Origin: Chrysomallon squamiferum
Taxonomy: Eukaryota; Animalia; Mollusca
Assembly (NCBI GenBank): GCA_012295275.1
Contig: CM022673.1
Span: forward strand, 16,926,001 to 16,990,000
Direction of reading: 5' to 3'
Length of the DNA: 64,000 nt
The position numbers were made by a program, and so were the translations under genes. A model generated the notes under the pieces. That model saw only the letters and a program-made list of their open reading frames with translations, had not been told where the DNA came from and did no database searches. Below, in pieces: positions 27,288 through 40,802 of the stretch; position 1 is the stretch's first letter; each line of letters begins with the position of its first letter.

Positions 27288-28319
27288 TATAAAAAATAAA
27301 ATGAAATAAAACAGTAATATGAAAATAATTTAAAAAAATAAAAAAGCTAATGATAATAAAAAGCCAGTATCAAAGAGGCTGAAAACAAATGTGTCCAATT
27401 TCCCACTGCAGCAGCCAGCAATCATGTGAAATTATGGTTAGTGTGGAATACTAGAGTTAATTACCAGCATGGTGTACTTAACGCCATTTATCACACAGCA
27501 TGACATACCAATAAGTGTTTCATTTGGTACTGTTAAATCTCACATACTCAACAATTAGAGGACAAAAGTGTTCAAGGACTTCTGTAATTGAACAATACTT
27601 GGATGGAATGGTGATGCTGGCCTGATAAACAAGCAGTGGAAATAATTGATATTTGACAGGGAAAATAAGCAGTAGCTTGCTGAATTATTTCTATAACAAA
27701 CATAGTAATTAATACGGTGAATAAAATAAAAAAAACATTGCTGCTACTAATAATAATAATATTAAGAAGGAAAAATGGATGAGGGAAAATACAGAAGATG
27801 ATGAAGAAGAAATAAAAAAAGAAAATAATGTTTTCCAACAGATAATGATATCAGATAAAAAGGTGAATTGCTCTTCACCAAGTCAGGATAACATGCATCA
27901 CAAACGTTTAAAATATTAAAATATCAGATTATTTTTGTTATTCAGTTAAAAATTTTAATTGTATAATACTCCCACAACATCTCCTGGTGTATGAGTTATT
28001 TTAAAAACCAGAAAAAAAAAAAAAAAAAAATTCCCAAAGTGTACAACATGTAATGCTCTGCTTGTTATGGAATTGGTTACAAGTACTCAGAATGTCCCAC
28101 ACAATGTGAAAAGATTTGTTACTTTGATTTCTCTCTTGTTGTAACTTCATCTACACCAACAGCAGTGTTTATGGATCAAGACAGAGAAAGCGAATTACAC
28201 TTGAATATTTACAAAAATCTATAAATATCACTGTTACTTTCTGTGATTGCTGTAATGAAACTGTCACAGCTTGAGGTACAGGAGATCACCATCGTAACAC
28301 ACTACATTATAGGTAAACC

Positions 28320-28700
28320 ACAGTGAAAAATTATTATTATGCATAAAACTTTCCAAATGTCCTTGAAGCATCACCAGACACCTATGTTAAAGCTACAGTA
28401 ATGAAAATTTTAGATTTGTATTATGAATAGATCTTGCTAGTTAGTTGCCTATGTACCATCTTAAAACATTTACATTAAAATAGTGAAAATTAATATTATG
28501 CATAAACTTTTTTAAAATGTCCTTAAAGCATACCACTCACCTATATTAAAGATATGTAAATGAAAATTTTGGATTGTTATTACAAATCAAATTTTCTGAT
28601 TGTATCTGTACTATCACAGAATTATATATAAGGTGTACTAAGGTGAAAAATTAGTACTATGCATACAACTTTACAGGTGCTCGTGAAGCAAACAAAATGT
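28320..28700. repeat. Degenerate ~160-bp tandem repeat (3 units) with further partial copies near 29050, 29300, 29480
   Basis: gtgaaaaatt..tattatgcataaa..ttt..aatgtccttgaagca at 28323, 28483, 28643. Confidence 0.8.
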
Positions 28701-29508
28701 TTTCAAAAGAGTATACATTGTTCTGAACTTTATATCACTTTATTCATTACTTATCAGTTAGGTATACAAAAAATTCCAGTGAGATGAATTATTAAGATGT
28801 TTAAACCCTGCATACCTTCCATACCTTCTATGTAATACTGAAATAATTGTTATTCACAAAAGCTTCTTTCTCATTGCTGTTTGTTTCTTCTTATTTTCAT
28901 AATGAGAACATACTTTTTTTTTTTAAAAGAAGAATATTTTGTTTTGATTATCATACACATGAAATCTTTCACTTATCTATGTGCAAACAAAAAAACAATT
29001 CAAAATATCTAAAGTCAATATTTAGAAAAACTATATTTTAAAAATATTACAGAAAAAATTGTTATTATGCATAAGATGCTTTATATATCTATGCATCATT
29101 GTAAGATGATTAGAAATAAAACACTGGAAAAAAAACAACTTTTTTTTTCCTATGATCCTTTAAATATTCTAGACATCAAAATTGTTTAAATTGTTACTGC
29201 CAAAATAATGGGAACATTTTAAATTTAAACATCATCCACCTTGCATTGATTTGAGTTTCAAATATGTCAATATTTCCAGGTTAAAGATGGCAGTGTGAAA
29301 AAATATCTGTATTATGCATAAACTCTACCACACACTGATGTGTTATTTTACAGTTTTATGCATTTATCTTTGCACACATTTACACTTTATTCTTGTCAAG
29401 TGTCCTTGCATAACGAAAGAAACAATTTTCAACAGACTATCTATTCACCATTATAACACAGCAGATTCATTCAGCACTGAAAAATTCATTATTATGTATG
29501 AATTCCAA

Positions 29509-29578
29509 CAGCCATCTTTGCAGGCATCCTCTCATTTTTACACAGCCATCTTTGCAGGCATCCTCTCATTTTTACACA
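29509..29578. repeat. Perfect 34-bp tandem duplication
   Basis: cagccatctttgcaggcatcctctcatttttaca x2. Confidence 0.95.
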
Positions 29579-31186
29579 CAATAAAAGAAACATTTTCAAT
29601 AGCTCTGTGTTTGTATCAGATTTACACAAACGAATGAAAGATGGAGAAAAAAAGTGTTTTCTCTGCACATTCAGTAAATAATATATAATAATATATGTAA
29701 TAATCTGGTTTTCATACATATTTAGTAGATAACATTCATATATTTTAACACTCTAACACTGTATTTAATATTATACTAACACAGTAATATATTTAAAATA
29801 TACTAACGTATTTAAAATTATACTAACATCCTAACAATATATTTAAAATTATACTAACATTATATTTAAAAATATACTAATATATCAGCAATGTATTTAA
29901 AAAATGTGGCTTATAATAAGGTACTAACAGTTTATTCAAATCAGAGTGCATGATAGTTGTTAATATTCACAGATTTTGTGATTGTACACACACACCTGAG
30001 AGCCCATCACACTGAGATTGCATTTCAAATCACACCTTGATAGACACCTGCTGTTCTCACAGGTAAAACTGCTCTTCTCACCTGTAAATCTCCATGTTGA
30101 ACTTGATATTACACTGTCAGTGTGTGAAGCAATATTTTGCAAAATATGCAGATTATGCAAAATGTAGTATTTTAATTTTATTAAATTCTTATTTCATTTC
30201 TTTTTTTCCTTCCAGTTTTGTTATCATTATCAATGCAGATAACATAACAACAATCAGGTACCATCATGATTATGACTTTTTTTTAAAGTATTTTATTTAA
30301 TAATAATTTTATTATTTGTTATTGTTGACATAAATACTATTAGACACAATTATTTTTATTCATAGTTTAAAGACAAATGATTCAGTAAATAAAAAAAAAT
30401 CAATATATTAATTAAATTTCATATATTTATGACAAATAAAGTCATTTAAAAAATGATATTTTTATTATTGTTCTTATTTTTAATAATAATATCTATCTAT
30501 TTATCTATCTATCTATTGTACATGTTTATTATTAACAAGACTGTACTATTTAACAGATAAAAAAAAAAAAAAAATATTAAAAAAAAAATAATAATAAACA
30601 ATATATTAACCTTACATAAACATTTTCAGAGTGTCATATTTTATTGTATCTGACAGAATATATATAAATTTGGCAGATTGCCAATATATAGCTGTATGCT
30701 ATATTCTAATTATTAATTAACTTATATATATGATTCAAGCACACATGTCATAGACCTGACACTGCATATATCTTCTAACTGTTAATGAACCTGCTATTAT
30801 ATAAAAGAATCAAGTATATAACATCTGGACAGAAAGTGGTTGCCATAACAGTCTAAGCAGTAAGTTAGTCTGTAGTATACTTCAGTAACTTGTATCTGTG
30901 TACAGTTTTATTGTCTGAAATGTAGGAAGAGATGATATAAAAATCGGGGGGGGGGGAGAGGAAAAGAAGAAAAGATGGAAAGAAGAATTAAATAAAAGAA
31001 AGGATTAAAGCAATGAATACAAATTATTTTTTAAGATGGAAAGGATGGAAAAAAGGAAGTGAAATAAATGAAAAAAAAATTAAAATAAAAAAGTGAAAGA
31101 TAAATAAAGAAAGTAAAACAAAAAGAAAAAAAAAAAAATTTAAAAAAAAAACAAAAAAAAAAAAAAAAAAATAAAAAAAGAAAAAA

Positions 31187-31392
31187 AGAATTGTTTTGAA
31201 ATGTCATCCACACAGGGAATTATTTATAATTAAAAAAAAAAAAAAAAAGACAGAAAACAGAAATAAAAAAAAAATAAAATTATTAAAGATAATACATAAA
31301 AACAGAAAAAAAAAAAAACAAAAATAAATAAAAAACAAATAAAAGCAGAATTGTTTTGAAATGTCATCCACACAGGGAATTATTTATAATTA
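31187..31392. repeat. ~45-bp direct repeat separated by an A-rich tract (160-bp period)
   Basis: gaattgttttgaaatgtcatccacacagggaattatttataatta x2. Confidence 0.9.
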
Positions 31393-31502
31393 CACAGTGT
31401 TTCTTCCTGTCATAGCAAATATTTGTCTAATAATAACCCTACGTATTACACACAGAGACCTTTATAAATGTATGACATGCACTAATTATAAAACATAATG
31501 TA

Positions 31503-31930
31503 GATGATTATTTTAGATAATACATAATGGCCAATTTACCTATAAATTAACCAAGGCAAACAGCATATTACTGTAGAGGTAATAAATCTTAAATATATAC
31601 AATCAGGCACACACATACACATGTACATGCACACACATACACATGTACATGCACACATATACACATGTACACATGCACACATATACACATGTACAATCAC
31701 ACATATACACATGTACAATCACACATATACACATGTACAATCACACATATACACATGTACAATCACACATATACACATGTACATGATGATTATTTTAGAT
31801 AATACATAATGGCCAATTTACCTATAAATTAACCAAGGCAAACAGCACATTACTGTAGAGGTAATAAATCTTAAATATATACAATCAGGCACACATATAC
31901 ACATGTACACATGTACATGCACACACATAT
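31503..31930. repeat. 282-bp-period duplication enclosing a 22-bp (aatcacacatatacacatgtac)n minisatellite
   Basis: Near-identical ~125-bp blocks start at 31503 and 31785. Confidence 0.92.
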
Positions 31931-32469
31931 ATAAATATAAGTGTGCCCCTCCCCATACAAACACACACACACACACACACCCACACATACACACATACAC
32001 ACACACATACACACACACACACACAAATATGTATACGTATATGCATACACACAGATACACACTGTTCCATCACAAACAAAAATTATCTAAAGAGGAAATG
32101 ATATACAGTGTTAAAAGTATTTCTCTGTTCTGAAGCTTTGAAAAATTACACTTGACATTTAAAGAATAGATTGTATGTCATCCATTTACTGCACTGAAAT
32201 TAGTCTCATTCAAAAGCCACTGAACGAACCTCCTTTGATCCTCAAAAGAAACTCCAACCTCATGAATATAATGCAAGTGTCAAAACAGTTCTTTGTGTAA
32301 CTGAAAGAAGTTTCACTCTGCTAAAAGTGCACCATTATGGTAAGGAGATAGTGTTAAATCCCTTTCTTTAAGAATATCAAATTGATAGTAAATGAAAGTG
32401 TAGAATTTAATAAATCTAGTCAAAAAACAAAACCCAAAGCTAGTGGTAACTGAATGTGTAAATTGGTGG

Positions 32470-32740
32470 CAACTGAAAATGGCAAACATACAAACTGAAG
32501 GCAAATGAATGTTTAACTTTTGAAGGCAAATGTATGTGTGACAGTTGAAGGCAAACAATTGTGTGAATTAAAGGCAAATGTATGTGTGGTTAGTTGAAGG
32601 CAAATGAATATTCCAACTGATGACAAATTAATGTACAAACTGAAGACAAATTAAAGCAAACACTGAAATTGCAGGCAAATGAACATTTAAACCCACAACA
32701 AGAGAATATGCCCACTAATGGCAAATTAATGTAAGAACTG
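32470..32740. repeat. Degenerate ~22-27-bp minisatellite (actgaaggcaaatgaatgt core)
   Basis: tgaaggcaaa-like core recurs about 10 times. Confidence 0.8.
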
Positions 32741-34414
32741 ATGTCAAAGAACAGCCTGGAGATAAGTGAGCAGACTTTTATCAGTGTTGTTAGGAGAATT
32801 TCAATGTAGCTTGTTTAGTGTGAGTAACGTTTGTTTTAAAGACCTGAGTCAACAGCAGCAGAGACAGCCAGTCTCAGAACAACAGCTTAGTGTAAATGTC
32901 AGCTGACTCTAATGAGTGCAGCTTTACCAGATTAGAAACAATGATTTTTTTTATTAACTGATTTAAAAAAAAAAAGTTTAAGTGTATAATGGTAATCATT
33001 CAAAATATTTTTGTAATGTTTCTTAAACTTAAGGAACAAAGAGAGAAACAACGACAAAAATGAATAATCCACAGACAAACAAACATACATATAAACACAT
33101 GCAATGGTCACATACGCAAATATACACACTAAGATCTCTACCTACCTACATACCTTATCTATCTTTCTATTTATATTTCTATGTAGAAAACAAAAAGAAA
33201 GATAAATAAAAAAAAATAAAAAATCTAATTCATATTAAAAAATTGACACAAAATATAAATTAAAAACAGAAAGAAGGAACACATTAAAGAGTTTTGAATC
33301 AAAAAACATTTTACAATAAAAATATTTGAGAAACATTTTTTTGGCACTACATATGTACATTAACATATCTCTCTGTACTACTTGTCAAACAGCATGTGTC
33401 AAATACCTTTATAAAAGTCAATATTACAACCAATAAAAAAAAAAAAAATGTACATGTAGACAAAACAAACTGGTATCAGTATGTGACTGAAAATACTTCA
33501 GTAATTCTGCCATGTAAATCTTTCTTAGTAAAAGGTTCTGTACATGCCTCTCTTGGTCTCAGTAGCTTCTGTTGTCTGTCCAAGAATTTTGCAGTGGAAG
33601 ATATATATAACAATATTCTAATTTATGATTAACTTCTTTTATTTGATCTTAATTAATAAACATTATTTTCAATTTACAGAAAAAATTTATAACCTCACTT
33701 GAGATTTGTTGATTGTTTGTAGGTCCATCCAGAAGGTTTCACATACACAGTGCTATTAAATAGCAGTTTTAAATAACAACAACAACAACAACAACACAAC
33801 ATTAATCATTTTAAGTTTCAAAATTAACAAACACATTGATTTTTCTAGTACAGAGAATTGTACTTAAAACTTTTTTTTTAATCTTCATAAAACATTTCTG
33901 TAAATTATACATGTGTAATTTACAGAAATGTTTCAGGGTTGTTTTATAAAGAGTGAAAAAAACATAACAGCATTTTTATAAATGTAATTACTTTTCAACA
34001 GTTCAATATTTATTCAAATAGAAAATTGCTCATAACATTTTCATTTTAGTTACATAACCTGTATATATTTAATTTTACAACACAGTATTAAAATTCTATC
34101 GCTAGTATTAACTTCAGATCTGCTCAAACAAATTCAGTTTTACTGATATATCAACCTGGGGTCATTTAATTTTACAAGAGGTCATTAAAATTCCTTGGAG
34201 GAAGATCTCTGTCTGTACATTAGAATTGCAAATGTTAGATAGCACCGTTCAATACAGTGTGATCTCTTGTACATTCAGCCATGTTGTCTCTGCTCTTGAA
34301 CCCTGTGTGAACTGAATGCAGGTCCCTTATTTAATGCATTTAAATTTCAAGTGTCTAATGCATGATCATGAATTGATAAACATCAGCAGCAGTTTGACAA
34401 TGGCTCAGTGACAA

Positions 34415-34625
34415 ATATTAACTTAGGTTTAACATTGATTTACAATGTTCTACAGCCAACTGAAAATGTTAATCAAAATTTAAATACTGTTTTACAATGT
34501 ACTACAATGAATTGAAAATATTAGCCTAAGTTTAAATACTGTTTTACAATGTACTACAATGAATTGAAAATATTAACCTAAGTTTAAATACTGTTTTACA
34601 ATGTACTACAACGATCTGAAAATTT
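34415..34625. repeat. 52-bp minisatellite, ~4 copies
   Basis: tttaaatactgttttacaatgtactacaatgaattgaaaatatta recurs at 52-bp spacing. Confidence 0.9.
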
Positions 34626-34645
34626 AATTTATTTCAAAACTTTTC

Positions 34646-34679
<34 letters not shown>

Positions 34680-35244
34680 TTATACAGAGTTCTACAATGA
34701 AATGAAAATAATAATTTGGTTTAAAATAAATTCCACAATGTTCTATAAAAAAAAAGTTTAAATGTGTTTGGGAAAGTTTCCATACAGTAAAAAAGGCCAA
34801 TTAAAATGCAGGGAAGAAAAAGACAATAAAAAATATAAAAAAAATGTATGTTTTTAGCCTTTTCTATTTATTTTATTTTATTTTAAAGGAAAGTAATAAA
34901 TGTAATTTTATAGCCACAGTATTTTCAAAGAAGAAAGTAAATAATTTTATTTATTTTTCAAAAATATTTACATATTAAAGTAAACAGTTGGTCTTTTGTT
35001 CCATTCAAACTTTGATCTTAAAATAATTTAAATTTGATTTTTTATTTATAATGAGAATAAAACTTCATAGTTTTGAATATTAGAAGAAAACATAACAACA
35101 ATAAAGTACAATATACATGAAAACCTATTAAACATTAAATAAATAATAAATGAATTTTAAAAAATGCTGAATAAACAAATAAATAAGAGTAATAAAATAC
35201 TACTACGGCTGCTACTACTAATAATAAATGCAAAAATAAATAAG

Positions 35245-35278
<34 letters not shown>

Positions 35279-35636
35279 AAAGAAAGTAAAGAAAAGGTGT
35301 AAAGAATTCTTCTATTCAACATGGAATGTGCTGGTATAATCATTTAACAGAATTAAATATAAAATATATTGTCTTTCTGCCAAAGACTAGAAAATGCATT
35401 ATGTTATCTTTGATATAGAGGTGAGGACAGGTGAACAAACAAACAGTAGAACCACTTCTTATTTTACACTGAGAAGGTAATACAATTAATTTCTACATAA
35501 ACATTTTAACAATGATCTCTTTCAAAAGAAAAATCATTTCGTACCATCCCTCCTTCACACCAGTCATAAATATGTCAGAGCAGAAAGGTTTTTCTTGAAA
35601 GCAATAATACTTTTGATTTTCAACATAAGTACTTAC

Positions 35637-35648
35637 TTCTTGCAAAGA
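35637..35648 (-). CDS. Candidate 12-nt microexon (SLQE, phase 0)
   Basis: tttatttatttgtattaacacttcag|TCTTTGCAAGAA|gtaagt, with a ~55-nt AG-free T-rich upstream zone. Confidence 0.4.
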
Positions 35649-37242
35649 CTGAAGTGTTAATACAAATAAATAAATAAATAAAATAAAAAAATATATAATT
35701 GATTTCTTTCACATACACACAAAAAGTTATAAAGTAAAAATAATTTATATTAAGTTTCATTGACATTTTTAACTTTAGATAATAAGGTTCATTTTCAGAA
35801 TATGTTACAGAACAGCAAAACTAATTAATTAACTTATTCACTGTATAATCAAATAACTAACCCTACATACAGAACTCTGTTTACTGTTTGGTTGGTTTTA
35901 TAAAAAGGACAAAGAACACACCCTCACCTAATTAAACAAGTAAATAGCACAGACAGGAGATCCTCCTTTGACCAACTATTGGAACCTCCCTTAAGTCTGT
36001 AAACAGCTTTATGGGGACGATAAAGCTAATTAAACTGAGTATCTGATCACTGCCTACCTGTAACTAAGAAACTGCTTGTCAGGTCTCTGTCAGTGTTTGA
36101 AACATGAAGTGAAGCAGATTTCCTTTTCTCATACACACTCAGTGGGACAGTGACATCAAACAAAGAAAACTTTGAAAATTTTTACACAACATTTCCTGGT
36201 AGCATACTTTTTTTCAGCCTATGTTTCAAAAGTCATTGTTTGTGTTGTTGTTTATGTTCTTCTTTATTTAATTTAAAAAAAAAAGTAAAATAATAATTAG
36301 AAAGACAGAAGAAAGAAAAACAGCTGTTTGTTTATGAATAACGTAAGGTTTATTTTATTTAAAAGCAATTTTCAATGACTTTTTTCTATTTGTAATTAAC
36401 TATGTCTTTACATAAACTTTTTTCTTTCTCTATTGAGAATTTAAAAAAGTATATATTACTTGCTAAATATTTTAGGTTTCTTTAAAATTCAAATTACACT
36501 CAGTATGAGGAAACTGTTGTCTGAATTAAATTTATCTCATTGTTTAACTGAATTTAATTAGTATTTATTTACATGTATGGAATGTAGTCAGATCAAGCTG
36601 ACCATGTTATAACAGTGATATTTTGCAGGTTTTGTAATGGCATTATCTCACAGTTTGAATTTTCTTTTAAAAGATGTGAAAAATGTGTGCATGTGAATAC
36701 AGATCTCTGTGTATGTATCTGTATGTGTTTTTGAGTTCATGTTGGCACATACCAGCATTTTTTTTTTAATGTAAATATTCATAGAGCTTTAAATTTAAAA
36801 GAATGAAAATCCCTTGAAATACAAGCAAAAACAAAATGTAATGCCTTATCAAAATCCAAACAGTAATAGTAGTAGTAATAATAATGATGATGATGATGAT
36901 GATAATGATGGTGATGATGATGAAGATAATAATGGTAACGTCTATAAATAACTAAATATTTAAAATGAAATATAAATGCATTCCATTTATTCTCAGACTT
37001 CTTTATCAACCTTTTCTTTTTTCCCATTTACCTTTTTTTGTGAGTTTGTTTTTTTTCTCTTTTTTTCTTTTACAGAACCTATCACCACTTGCCCATTTAG
37101 ATAAAGAAGAAAAAGAAAAGATGAGTATGGTATCTCAAGGTGCCATGGTACCAGTGCAGCATGAAAACAGATGAAAATTCACTCTGCCACTGACTGACAG
37201 TTTGTTAAGTTGTCATTGATTGTTTTCACTCCAGTATCTTTT

Positions 37243-37610
37243 AACATATTCAGTTCTCTAATACACTCAGCCTTGAAAAACATTCAGTTCTCTAATACAC
37301 TCAGTCCTGAAACATATTCAGTCCTCTGTTATACTCAGTCCTGAAACATATTCAGTCCTCTGTTATACTCAGTCCTGAAACATATTCAGTCCTCTGTTAT
37401 ACTCAGTCCTGAAACATATTCAGTCCTCTGTTATACTCAGTCCTGAAACATATTCAGTCCTCTGTTATACTCAGTCCTGAAACATATTCAGTCCTCTGTT
37501 ATACTCAGTCCTGAAACATATTCTGTCCTCTGTTATACTCAGTCCTGAAACATATTCTGTCCTCTGTTACACTCAGTCCTGAAACATATTCAGTCCTCTG
37601 TTACACTCAA
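37243..37610. repeat. 34-bp minisatellite, ~11 copies, made of two related 17-bp halves
   Basis: aaacatattcagtcctctgttatactcagtcctg repeated head to tail with no spacers. Confidence 0.97.
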
Positions 37611-37789
37611 TCTTGTTTCAAACTTAGTCCTGTAACACCTTGAATCCTGTAACAAACTCAGTGCTGTAACACATTTCTCTATCTTACGTGGACCTGTAAG
37701 GGATCTGGAGCAGTGTTTAGGGTAAGATTAAACAAATAAATACTATTATTAGGATAACACTACCAACATCAGTTCTATATCTGTTAGAG

Positions 37790-37825
<36 letters not shown>

Positions 37826-38879
37826 TTGTTACTACTTATTACTAATGCTATTTCCTCTTCTTTTACTACCACAGTTTTACTTCTTTGATCTCTACTGTTA
37901 CTACAACAACCAATACAACTGCAACTGCTATTATACCAACAGCTTTATTACAATAACATCAGAATAAATAAATAAATAAAGTCCTAGCAGATTAATCTCA
38001 ATAAATATCTGTAACAGGTATTAATACATAACTAACCCTTTGTTGTAGAAATATAAAACAAATACTAGTTAATTAGATTATGAGAAAAGACACGGAAATT
38101 GCAAAATACAATTCATGTGTCACAGAGAATGTCAAAAAATTAAATCCCATCATTGTGATGTAAACAAAATATGTAAAAAGTGAAATGTAATAAACAAGAG
38201 GGTATGTGTACTAAATGCACCCTCTTGGGTTTACTTGTGATCCAAGGCTGTAGAATACCACTGTGTATGACATAGGCTAAAATGACATACCAGACAATAA
38301 TATATTAATGTTATCTATCAAAATCATATTTGAATAACATTGATGACAATAACCCTGGCAGGTAGTTATCAGTTATTGTTTTCTAATAATAATGTATAGC
38401 CTGTAGCTTTTTTTTTTTTTTTTTTTAAAAGTAAGAAAAAAACAACAACACTAAATATACCTGAAACCACATCAAAACATAAAGAGAAGGGAAAAAAACC
38501 CAACAGAATGAAGAAACATTTTATATTAGAAATATAAAAATAGTTGATGGATATCGTTAATTAATTAATGCTGATTTAACAAAATGTGTTTTAGGTTTAT
38601 TGATTTTGAAAATAAATAAATCAAAATAATAATAATAATAATATTAATCATCATCATCATCATTGTCATTATAATAATAATATCATCACCAATTACAAGT
38701 TCATTAAACAGGTTTTACTTTCACAGGATATACTCTCTCAAAAAAATTATGAATGAATAGTTAACAATAAATGAGTCATATTAATAAATGCATGTAGTCT
38801 CTATTAATAATATGTAAGATATTTCAAATTTTTTATAATAAAATTTCAGAAATCCAAACCACTGCTGGAGTAAGAACTG

Positions 38880-39050
38880 AGATAGCAGTAACAAATATTT
38901 TAAATGCTCCTTCTCATATACAGGACGGGACATACCAAACAACTTTGTTATTAGTTGTGATATGATAGGAATAGATCAGAGTGTGCACCAGCAGGATTGA
39001 TCCTGAAGGCTAACAGGGTGTTACGGTTCTATTAACAAGAGACTGGGTTT
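38880..39050 (-). mobile_element. Decayed SINE copy (same family as 22050-22330)
   Basis: tttaaatgctccttctcatatacaggacgggacataccaaacaactttg...gcaggattgatcct resembles the reverse of the SINE core and tRNA B-box. Confidence 0.45.
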
Positions 39051-40050
39051 CCAATAACAGTTATCATAAAAGAAAACAGTTTTACTTAGTAATAATGAGG
39101 CTACTTGAAAAATATTCTATATCAGTTATTATGTAAAAATTTCTTAATTACTTTTCAGAATTTAAAACAAAAAGTTCTCCATAAAATGTGTAACTTTGCA
39201 CGTTTAAAATTAATGTAATATTTTCTTTTTCTCAATATGAAAAGAAAAAATGAGTTGAATGTTTCACCTACTTACTTAATTATGTAATACAGTGTAGTAT
39301 GTGTAGTGTAATGTTGAAAATATTTATAACCATTTGATGGATTTAACAAATCATTTTTATATTAAACAAATATGGTTATATAAAGATAAAAAGCACCCCA
39401 GTGAAATACAGAGATAATAGATAGATACAAAAGCCTGCCCAACTTTTTGCATAAATAAAATAAAATATAGAGATGAAAAATAAATCAATAAATAATAAAA
39501 AAAAATAAATAATAATAATAAAAAAAAAATCTATAAATTAATGATAAAATAATTAGAATGATAAATAAATAAGTAAATAAAGAAAGAAAGAAAGAAAAAA
39601 TTTAAATGATTCATTGATATTTACTGACAAAGGCACATGTGAAAACAAAGATGATATAAGTATATAACACATATGAACACATATCCAGAAACACATACCC
39701 ACCTATATAATACACACAGATATGTCCTAACCCTCATACATGCACATGCACACATATACCACCACCAACCGACACAATGTGACATACCAGATATAGTCAC
39801 ACACCCTTCATAATGACACAGATGCCTTGCCAAATATAAAGCAAGTGGTTGACTTTTGATTTATATTTCTGTCAAGGATAGGTCCAAAATGGCTTGAATA
39901 ATTCATCAATATTGTTATATGTTTACAGCATGAAATATCTACATGGCTGTATGCATGTACAGTTTTTACTGTCAAGGTCCTCAGAAGGTTATAGAATAAC
40001 CTCATAATATGATACTCTGTTTACTGAGAAGTAACGAGGCAAAATGTTTC

Positions 40051-40268
40051 AGTTTTAATAGCCAGTTCTCACATTAGATTTAATAATCAGTTTTTACATT
40101 ATAATAGATGAACTGTGAGTTTTAACAGCCAGTTCTCACATTAGATTTAATAATCAGTTTTTACATTATAATAGATGAACTGTGAGTTTTAACAGCCAGT
40201 TCTCACATTAGATTTAATAATCAGTTTTTACATTATAATAGATGAACTGTGAGTTTTAATAGCCAGTT
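40051..40268. repeat. 67-bp tandem repeat, ~3.2 near-perfect copies
   Basis: Units start at 40051, 40118, 40185, 40252. Confidence 0.97.
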
Positions 40269-40749
40269 TTAAAAATACTTTTTTAATTTCTGTAAAAGCC
40301 AGTTTGGTGTTTTAATTGCCTGGCAAAACGATACCAAATAAATTTACTAATTGTCTAAAGTGAATTTCATGTTTTATACTGTACAAGTTAAATATTACAA
40401 TGTACATGTACAAAATTAAATGCTAAATCACACTGAATGCTTTCTTTTAAATGTTACCATGGCAAAAGCAATAAGTATACATTTTTCTCAGTTCCCATTT
40501 ACTTTATAAACTACTGCAGTGTTTCAACTTCTATTTTTATTTCTGTTTTATAAATTACAACTTTTCAACCATCTGTTGTTTTTACATCATTATTTCTTCT
40601 TTCTGAAGAAAGAGTTTTAAAACAAGATATATTAAATGATAAAGAAGAATTATTAATTATGTAAAATTCATTATGAAACTTTTTTCTAAGCAAAACACAA
40701 TTTAATTTTCATACTGATAACAAAAATGCCGCTAACCAGCTCTCCAATC

Positions 40750-40752
<3 letters not shown>

Positions 40753-40799
<47 letters not shown>
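40753..40799. repeat. (AC)n microsatellite
   Basis: Directly visible. Confidence 0.97.

Positions 40800-40802
<3 letters not shown>

Noticed and set aside
37243-37610. Possible CRISPR array (34-bp repeats)
   Set aside because: Head-to-tail repeats with no unique spacers, no cas genes, eukaryotic context; the same applies to the 49-, 52-, 55- and 67-bp repeats
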